Positions 53,194 through 64,000 of a DNA stretch of 64,000 nucleotides are shown here, one piece after another. The translations under genes and the position numbers were made by a program. The notes beneath the pieces were generated by a model, which was not told the DNA's origin, did not search any database, and was given only the letters and a program-made list of their open reading frames with translations. Positions within the stretch are counted from its first letter, which is position 1; each line of letters opens with the position of its first letter. Origin of the DNA: Eledone cirrhosa. Taxonomy: Eukaryota. The stretch covers positions 370,512,001-370,576,000 of the forward strand of contig OZ024740.1 of assembly GCA_964016885.1 (NCBI GenBank), in the 5' to 3' direction.

Positions 53194-55660
53194 CAATTAT
53201 ATTAATAAATGTAAACTATATTTATAAAACCATATTTATTTTATTATATATATTTCAAGGGTACAAAAAAAAACTTCGGTACGCCCTCATCAGATAAAAT
53301 ACAAAACCTTATCGGTTCAGGTTCCATTTGGATAGTGAAAGAAAAAGAGAAAAAGAGAAAAATTTCAAATCATTTAGGACGGATATGCAAATGAAGTAGA
53401 AGCGTAGACTGAAAAAATCGTTATATTTAGACACTAGGTAAATTTAAATAATTATTAGGATACTTTATAAAAGAAGAAGATGAAGAAGAAGGAAGAAAAA
53501 TAGGCTAATATTATTATTAGGGTGAACATAGATTTAAAAATTAAAAATTAAAAATGTATTGATGTGGTAGAATACTAATCCAAAAATTTTGAAATTTTAA
53601 AATATATAACTAAATCAAGAGTTATAATATTATATATATAATGTATATAAATATATTTTAAGGAATTAAGGTTGTAAGTACACTTTAGCTTATTATATTA
53701 CAACCAGTCAATTATATACATATTTATATAAATAGATAAAAATATAAATATTATTGGTGATTATACGTGTTATTAATTCAAATATAATTTAAGGGTTACG
53801 AAGGATATGTGTTTACATTTTCAATATATAGTTAAGAAAAAGACGTAGTTCGAATTTTATTAGAGAAGAACCTTTTGTACCTTCAAATAGTTCGATCAAG
53901 ATAGCAAACATTAAGTTAACGATAATTATAGAGACTTTAGTATTTATGTTGTTAAGAAGGGAGGATGCTTTATGCATGCTAGATTATAAAAGAAAAGGAA
54001 AAAGAAAAGGAAATGATAACTCCAATGTTTATTAGTTACACTATTCACGTTAGATTTTAGAATTTACTTAAAATGTATGTGGAGAAAATTATATATATTA
54101 TTTTATGTATGATTATAATGTATTTTATATTACATTTTTTCAAATATAAGAATTTCATTTATAATTGTATTTAGATATTATCTACATATTCAATTAGGAA
54201 GGAAAATATTATTAGAGACATCATCAGTGTATTTAGAAAACTATCACGAAAAAGGATATATTTCAAAGTATGAATTAAGAAATATCAATTAAAAAATATA
54301 AAAATATAAAGGATATCAATTAAGAAAACTAAGAAGAACATCAATTGGAAAAGAAATATCATTTGTAAGAAATATATTACATAAAAAGAAAAATATCATT
54401 TAAAAATCACAACTAAACATTGACAGAAGAATAGTGAACACATATAGAATGTGAATAAGTGAATTATATACTTTAGATTATAAATACTTCGAAAAGTCAT
54501 TTTTTGGCGATGTCTGCAGAAAGTGAATATTTCTTTCTTTACGTTGATAGAATTTTGGCAGGTGAGTATATAAAAAATGTCTTCAATACACAAATGACAG
54601 ATTCTTGAGAGAACCATATTTCGGTATGCGGGTGCTTTTGAAATCATTCCCCAAGAGATTGAAAAGTCAATATTATTGTCTTTTAAGTGCCAAATTAGAT
54701 GTGAAAGTAACGTGGAAATTTTTTTATCAAACCTATTAAATGTATGTTTATGACTATACCGGCGTTCTTTAACTTTTGTAGAAGTGGCTCCTATATAATT
54801 ATATATTTTATGTCTAGTTTTACCTGTATACTAAGTTTTTATCTAGGCAATTTTTCTGTAAAGGGCAATTAGAATTATTTCTACAGTTACATTTACGAGA
54901 GTTAGTGTTACTAGGAACGGTAATATTATTATTAGTATTAATAGTGTTGTTAGTAATATTAATATTGTTATCTTGGTTTAATTGGCTTAGCTTTAAATTT
55001 AAGTTTATATTATTAATTCTATTTATATTTTGTGCTATGTTCATGGTAGTAGAGTAAGATAGTTTTACAGTATGTCTGTTAAAAATAGAGTGATATCTGT
55101 GGGATTTAGGAAAACACTTATCTAATGCTTTGAAAAATAGTTTTTCTACAGGTGTTTTAACCCCTAATGAGAATGGGGGAGAGTACCAAATAATATTTCT
55201 ACTTCTAGTTCTTTTGTTTGTTTTACTATTTAAGTTAAATTGTTTATTACTATCATTGTATTGAATTTTAGGAAGATTTTGCATGTTATTGTTATCTATG
55301 TATTTAATTTTATTCATCTATCCAGCTCTATGTAAAGCATAATTGTAATATCCTGCCTTATTATCAAAAATATTTTTATTAGCTGAAATGCGTGAAATTC
55401 GTTGCTGGGCACTATTGACAATAGTATTTTTTATATTACTAGGATGGTTGAATTGAAGCTTACATAATTTAGGTTTTCATTAATTTCATAGTAATGATAA
55501 TATAGACCTGAGTTAAGGTTTAAAGAAGTTAACAGTTTTATTATTATTCTCGAAATCTAATTTAAGGTTGTAGTTATTAAAAAATTCTATGATAGATTTC
55601 TTTTTCCTGTTAAGTTCACTATTGCTATAGTTTTCAATTAAAAGTAACATATCGTCTATA
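53190..55660 (-). mobile_element. PLE: RT C-half, Cys linker, GIY-YIG and 3' tail with HHR (5'-truncated, frameshifted)
   Basis: YIDD..., RNIIWYSPPFS...IFNRHTVKLSYS, CNCRNNSNCPLQKNCL..LVY, YIGATS, IWHLKD, CHLC, CRHR. Confidence 0.9.
53237..53301 (-). ncRNA. Minimal type I hammerhead (4513 family), canonical core
   Basis: TATTTTAT-CTGATGA-GGGcGTAC...GTACCCTT-GAAA-T-ATAT-A-TA-ATAAAATA. Confidence 0.85.
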
Positions 55661-55674
55661 TATATGTGTATATA

Positions 55675-55745
<71 letters not shown>

Positions 55746-55836
55746 GTATATATATATATATGTATATGTATATATATATATGTATATACATATATATACA
55801 TATATATATATGTATATATATATATGTATATATATG

Positions 55837-55867
<31 letters not shown>

Positions 55868-56238
55868 GTATATATGTATATATATATATATGTTTATATA
55901 TATATGTATATATATATGTATATATATGTATATATATATAACAGAGGGAGTATGTGTGTGTACAGAGAAAGTGAAAGAGAGATAAAAGTATAGTCATAAG
56001 TCTCAGATCAAAATACACCCCGGTGTCCCGATGTAAATATCAACGTATTTAATAGTTTAATAGTAAGCGATAAAAACATTAAAATGGTGCTATTTTTAGT
56101 GTATGAATTTCTATAAACATGTAAAAATTAAATTGATACATGTGTGTGTGTGTGTATGTGTGTGTGTGTGTGTGTGTGAGTGTGTGTGTGTGTGAGTGTG
56201 AGTGCGTGTGTGTGTATGTATGTGTGTGTGGGGGGGGG

Positions 56239-56331
<93 letters not shown>

Positions 56332-56442
56332 ATATGTGCGCGTGACTTTGTGTATGTGAGAAGACAGCAAGGAAAAACAAGACAGGGTAACAGTACAATG
56401 ACGATATATATTACTTTAACGATTGGTGTAGGCGGAAAAGAG

Positions 56443-56478
56443 TCTTAACGTTTCGAACATTAGTCCTGCATCGGAAGA
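56443..56478 (-). ncRNA. Degenerate minimal hammerhead motif
   Basis: TCTT-CCGATGC-a GGAC taat GTTC-GAAA-CG-TT-AAGA, with two core deviations. Confidence 0.5.
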
Positions 56479-57762
56479 TTGAATGAGAGAAAGAAGAAGA
56501 AATGGGAAGCAATAGAAAGCTAGACGAGCATACGGATAGAAAGAAAACAATATATATATATATATATTTATATTTATGTGCTTTCACACTGCTTTTTTTT
56601 AGGTTAGGTGCTTTAAGAAAGGAAATAAATTAAAGCTGTTAGTGAATTTGAAAAAAAGGAACATGGTAAAGCCCTATTTAATGTAGCTTTGAAAGAAAAG
56701 AAGTTCAATAATTGACAACATAAAATCAGAACCTATTGATGTCTGTAAGGGGAACACATAAAGTTTCTTTTTTTCTTTTTCTTTTTTTTCTATTTTGCAA
56801 TGAACTAGATTTTAAATTCATATAAATTTGCAATGCATCTGTGTGGTGATTCAATTTGTGCATGACGTTTATGGGCATGTGTGTCCAAAACAAACATTTC
56901 GCACTTTTAGTATATCTTTTTTCAATCTTCATTTAAAATAAAAAATCATTTAAGAAATTGTTTAGATGTTTTAATACAAATACCTTTTCTTTTTAATCGA
57001 AGCTGTTTGAAAATCATCATTACTGATTTTTTGTTTGTAACTTTACTTGCACGATTTAGAATTATTGTAAAGCCAATGAATTATTGCAGATTGGGTGGAA
57101 ATGAAAGGAAACAATATTAATAGTCAGGGGAACAAAGAAACACTGTTCCAACAGCTAACTGAAGCCGTATGACTAAAATGCGATACAAAGAAAACTAATT
57201 GAACGAGATTCAGCTGGCAAAACCGTATAAATAATACTCAATTGCATCTTTAAAAATGAGGAATAAAGAAAAAATCCCCAGGAAACCACTCAAGCCAATT
57301 TTGGGTTTTGTTATTTTTGATTTGTGTAATGTTTCTCACGTTTGGAGTGCTACAATAGCTCCATTTTAAAGAGTTTCTGCTATAAGCGATCCTATAAATA
57401 AGATTTATATATAGACTTACTTTACAATATGGAACTTCATAGATATTACATTTAATATCTTATATACATTACAAATAAAAAGGCATCCTTACCGTCTACC
57501 CATATTATTTAGAAAACTAATCGACAAAATCAGCAGAATATAATTTATACATGGGCATGCCCACTCGAAATTTATTCTTTAAATGAATCAATTGTATACA
57601 GAGTTAAATTAACTAACAAGAATGGAGTAGAAAGGAACCAAAATAGACATCGGAATGATATAGGGAAGAGCTAAACAAAGAAACGCAAACCACGAGGCTT
57701 TCTTCAGATAATAAAAAAGGCCATTAACAGCATTTTTCAACTATATTAGAAAAGGAAATTAG

Positions 57763-60579
57763 GGTCAGCTTGAGGAGAAGGGGAAAGTTATTCCTTTTTT
57801 TTTGGGGGGGGGGGATTCAATACTCTCCTCATGTGTTGGATCTGCGGTTAGAACTAAGATAGAAAATACATTGACGTCTTTACCACGAGTAGTGAGTGGT
57901 GCTTTAATTACATTGAAACTTAAACTTGCTGATACTACTATCCTAACCATAATCATTTGCTGTGCTCCAACCATGAACTCTGATGAATCAGATATTACCA
58001 ACATTTATAAGAAATTATCTTCTATTATAAGAACTATATGTTATCATGGCGAACTTTTCATACTAAGGGATTTCAATTCCAGTGTTTGGTCAGATCATGA
58101 AACCTACGGAAATTTTTTTGGTTCTCATGGTAACCATGATTAGCGATGGACTTTGCCTTCTCTCTTTGGTCATCTTATCACCAATACTGTTTCAATAACC
58201 GAACAGGTTCAAAACCACTTGGCTACACTTAACGTCAAAGGAATGGCATCTGATTGACTACATTTTAGCATAGCACATGTACATTATCCGATCCTTCTCT
58301 ATCACTTCGAGTAAAACATAGGAGACACAATGCAAACATCATTAAACGATTAAATATTTGGTCATTTGATACTGAAAGAAAAACTAAATTGTTTCAACTG
58401 TTTGGCGTGCAGCTTGACAGAGGTAAATTTTCAGAAAATGTTGAGGAATCGTGGAAACATCTCAAGAAAGCAACATATTCTGTTTCACTTGAAGTTCTTG
58501 ATCTTCCAACGTTTAAACATCAAATTGGTTTGTTGACAATAATACAGAAATACAGTCACTAGTTGAAGCATGTACTCCTTTTATAAAATATGGATTGCCG
58601 GCAAAAAATGTCCGAAAAAAGATATTTTGATTGTAAACAAACTGTTCAACGGACTTTAAGGAAAAGGAAGATGGGTGGTGGTTATTAAAGGCAGCCGAGC
58701 TTCAAGCTACTGTTGATATAAAGGATACCAAAACCTTTTATGGATGCATTAAGGAGGTTTATAGCCTCCAGCAACGTGAGGCCATGCTGATATTAGCATC
58801 AGATGAATCTACTTTGCTAACAGATAAACGTAATATTCTTCATCGTTAGAAAGGTCACTTTGAAACTATTTTGAATTCGCCATCTGATTTGGACCATTAT
58901 GTTACTGATTCAGTTCCTTTGAGGCCGGAAATTCCTGAATTGGACTTTGGCCCGACATATACCGAAGTCAAAACAGATATCAAGCAAACGGTATCAGGTA
59001 AACCACTTGATGATGATGCAATACCAATCGAGGTGTAAATATATGGAAGTAACATACTTGTACATAAGCTTTTGGATTTGTGCATTTTGATTTGGAAGAA
59101 TGAGCAGTCACCTCGGGAATTTAAATTCTCGTCTATTACCCATCTATATAAAGGCAAAAAGCGAATTGTGTGATAATCATCGGTATATATCATTGCTTTC
59201 CTTGGCGAGGAAGATCCTTGCTCGAGTTATTTGAAAAAGAATAGCTCGCCTCGTAGATCATGTTTATCCAGAATCCTAGTGTGGTTTCAGGACTCTGCGA
59301 GGAACCATAGTACAGAAGAACAGGGGAAAATAGTTGTTGTTGACTTGACAAAGTATTTTGACTCCCTCAAACATGATGCTGTATGGTCAGTGCTGAAACA
59401 TACTGAGATTCCGAATAAGATGCTCAATGTCATAATACTTTTTCATGAAACTATGCAAGCTTCTATTAAATCAAATGGCAGTTCATCAGATCAGATCCTT
59501 TTCTTGTAACAATGAGACAAAGCAGAGGCCTTGTTGTGTTTGCTATTTACTATTTTCTGGTCGACTATGATAATGGTGTTTTGAATTTAAAACAATAGAT
59601 AGGCTCTTTAATCACCAAGGATTAAGACTAAAGAACTTTACGAGCACGAAAATGTGTTTAGGCTTCTTGTTTGCAGATATTGAGGCTCTAGAAGCAAATT
59701 CTTTCCAAACAGCACAAGTCTTAAGCCGATTTTCGTCTGTGGCAAAGTGTTAAAAATACAGAAGTTATATCTTTGTCAAAACCTACAGCTATTCAAAGAA
59801 AAGACATAACACTACCTAGATCCCAATACAGTACGCCATTATGTCAAACAATTGATGACAAGCCTTTAAAGTAGGTAATTCCTTCCAATACTTCCAATAT
59901 AATTCTAGTGCTCCTTTAAATGATGAAATAGTAAATAGGATCGCTAAAGCTAGCGATGGCTTCGGAAAGCAACAGGCAAGAGTATGGAATGAGAGAGGAT
60001 TGAGTCTGAAAACTAAAATTTCAGTTTACTGTGCAGATTTTGTCTCAACATTGTTGTATGGGTCTGAATCATGGACACCAGAGAGAAAGTATATAGCACA
60101 GCTAGATACGTTCCGCAAGAGATTTTTTAAAATATCTGTGGTTTCACATGGAAGGACAACGTCTCAAATAAACAGTTCTTTCATAAATGTGATATACAAA
60201 GCATAAAGGCCTTCTGATGCAGTCTCAATTAAGATGGGTTGGCCATGTTAGGATAAATGATGAAAGTCTGTGGAAAATTCTTACTTATAGCCAACTCCAG
60301 TCGTGAGGCGTAACATAGGAAGACCTCGACATAGATACAAAAATCGGCAGAAAAATAATATGAAACATATTGGAACCAAAACATCAATATTTGAGAGATA
60401 TGCTGCTGACTGTAATAAGTGGAGAAAAATATGTCAATACACAGATTGAACATCAAAATAATCTAAGGCACGTTCGAAAGAATACAGTCTCTGTGTGTGA
60501 AAGATCCGCATCTTTGTTTGCAAAAGCAAGGTAAGTTTAGTGAATCATAGAAGACACAAATACTAAAATGTTGAGTTAA
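57763..60579 (+). mobile_element. RTE/BovB-like LINE, near full ORF length, heavily decayed
   Basis: APE (YSFF.G, APT, DFNS, WHLIDY), RT remnants (VDLTKYFD), LKTKISVY...LLYGSESWT, LRWVGHVR, C-terminal C2H2-like remnant. TSD AAAAGGAAATTAG at 57750-57762 and 60580-60592. Confidence 0.85.
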
Positions 60580-60675
60580 AAAAGGAAATTAGATTGACAT
60601 TTATGCGTCGAAAATGTTCGCTCTACATGGCTGAATACAATAAATGTAATCTGAGTTTTTCGAATATTAATAATA

Positions 60676-60890
60676 GTTTCTTATATAGGCACAAGGTCAG
60701 CAATTTTGGTGGGAGGGGAAAGTCGATAAAATCGACCCAGTGCGTGACTGGTTCTTTATTTTATCGACCCTGTAAGGATGAAAGGCAAAGTTAACCTCGG
60801 CGGGATTTGAACTCAGATCATAAAGGACCGTAACTCTATGCTGCAAAGCATGGCGTCCGACCCTCTACCCATACTGCCAATCCACCGCCC
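60676..60890 (-). mobile_element. Full-length SINE with a 20-bp TSD
   Basis: TTTTTCGAATATTAATAATA at 60656-60675 and 60891-60910. Confidence 0.95.
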
Positions 60891-61012
60891 TTTTTCGAAT
60901 ATTAATAATAACATTCCATTCGTTTGCAATTATGCAAACAAACTTCAATTTTATAGCCATGTCAGTAGAATGAACCCTTCATTCTTGCTCTTGTGTTGGC
61001 ATGTGAACAGAA

Positions 61013-61056
61013 CTGGAGACACTAATGTTTCTGGGTATCACCCTTCATCAGTATAG
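61013..61056 (-). ncRNA. Hammerhead motif, canonical core, left arm of palindrome
   Basis: CTGATGA-a GGGT gat ACCC a-GAAA-CA TTAG TG-TC. Stem I is weak. Confidence 0.7.
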
Positions 61057-61065
61057 CTTGACAGT

Positions 61066-61145
61066 TTGGCATGTGAACAGTGATCTGTACTTATGAAGGG
61101 TGATACCCAGAAACATTAGTGTCTGTGGTTCTGTTCACATGCCAA
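61066..61145 (+). ncRNA. Hammerhead motif, right arm (G5>T), extended stem I
   Basis: TTGGCATGTGAACAG..CTGTA-CTTATGA-AGGGTGATACCCA-GAAA-CATTAGTG-TC-TGTGG..CTGTTCACATGCCAA. Confidence 0.7.
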
Positions 61146-61327
61146 CACAAGAGCAAGAATGAAGGGTTCATTCTACTGACATGACTATAAAATTGAGGCT
61201 TGTTTGCATAATTGCAAAGGAATCGAATGTTATTATTAATATTCGAAAAACTCAGATTACATTTATATATATATATATATTAGTTGTATGGTTGCATGAA
61301 AAATGCGTCCGTAGGCGGTATGCCGGT

Positions 61328-61388
<61 letters not shown>

Positions 61389-61526
61389 AGTGTAATTTAC
61401 TACACAAAACGAAGGTTATAGAGAAAATTGTGGTTGGTAATAGCACATGGAATATATAAGAGACAGAATACTTTTTTGTGAAAAAACATATAATTTTATA
61501 AGGTAAGGAAATAATAAAGTGTATAA

Positions 61527-61574
61527 AAAATGACCGGTTTCGATGGGTCTGCAAAAGCCATCTTTTCAAATGTT
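61527..61574 (-). ncRNA. Minimal hammerhead with U3:A8 core (TTGAAAA)
   Basis: AACAT-TTGAAAA-GATGG...CCATC-GAAA-CCGG-TC-ATTTT, with a palindromic CCGG loop III. Confidence 0.7.
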
Positions 61575-61921
61575 GATTAATATTAAGAAAAATTAATAAT
61601 AAGAAGAGTTAAAATTTGAGGTTTGAAAATTCAAGTATAAAATTCATTGTGGGATTTCATAGTAGTTTTCATCTTGGTAGCAGCTCGTTGACTGCTTCTG
61701 GTAGTGAATGATAAGTTATTTGGGGGTGTGGGTTATTTTATATAGGTCAAATTTAGCAATGGCCAGATGGCCAGCTGCTGGTCAGTGAGGGGGTGGAAGC
61801 AATATACATACATATATCTTCCTGTGCTCGGTAGGAGAGGGGAGATTGATAGAAAAGGATTTAGTGCACTTACACCTATATATACACACATACCTTCATC
61901 CACACATACATACATATACAT

Positions 61922-61980
<59 letters not shown>

Positions 61981-62124
61981 CACACATACATACACACCAC
62001 ACATACATATATATACGCACATACACACACACATATATGCACATACACACACACACATATATATATATATACACACACACACACATATATATACATACAC
62101 ATACATCCAGATACACACATACAT

Positions 62125-62160
<36 letters not shown>

Positions 62161-62377
62161 GCGTACATACATATATATACACACATATACATACACATAT
62201 ATATACACACACCCACACATACATACACACACACATATATACATACACACATACAAACACACACACACACACACATATATACACATACACACACATATAT
62301 ATACACACACACACATATATATATACACATACGCATACATCCAGATACACACACACGCAATACATACATCCACATGC

Positions 62378-62408
<31 letters not shown>

Positions 62409-62730
62409 TATACACATACATACACCCACACACAGAGAAATGGCCTCCAAATATATATATATACATACATACACATATATTGTTTCCATAATATAAGAAG
62501 TTAGGGCAGTGAAATTAAAATACAAGTCATTCTGATCACATTGAGTTCTTCATGTAGATTGGGCCCCGCAACCGACAGTGGTGAATTCTGTGTGCGCATA
62601 TATATATAGATATATGTGTGTGCACGTGCAGGGTTTAACATGGATGTGTTGGTCACACAAAGGCATGGTCTGTCAACGAATAAACCTGATTCTACAGAAT
62701 TGGTCTCTGGTCTTTAATAGTGGTGATAAT

Positions 62731-63901
<1,171 letters not shown>

Positions 63902-64000
63902 GAGAAATATAGAAGATTATATTAATAAGAGGAATTCCAACTTTGTCTGATTTACTCGTTTTATTTACAATCCTTTAAAATTTATAATGGTATTATAATG

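Noticed and set aside
55318-55320. In-frame stop in the PLE ORF as possible selenocysteine recoding
   Set aside because: The codon is TAG, not TGA, and the copy also has frameshifts, so this is ordinary decay.

Overview
AT-rich, microsatellite-saturated animal genomic DNA. The SINE families and (TA)n/(CA)n density suggest an octopus/cephalopod (inference). Nearly all listed ORFs are microsatellite translations. Real content is mostly decayed mobile DNA: at least 8 Penelope-like element (PLE) RT/GIY-YIG fragments, a Tx1/L1-type LINE lacking its RT core, RTE LINEs, an R4/Dong-type fragment, CRE-like fragments, hAT and Helitron-type non-autonomous elements, and about 20 tRNA-derived SINEs. There is one credible small host exon pair at about 7.8-8.0 kb. 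The main hidden signal is about 17 type I hammerhead ribozyme (HHR) motifs in 64 kb, read by eye on both strands at PLE 3' ends. They include two unrelated families with the compensatory U3:A8 core, a back-to-back pair in a palindrome, and repeated tail-to-tail convergence of HHR-bearing ends on (TA)n tracts. All structures were folded by eye and no activity is shown.
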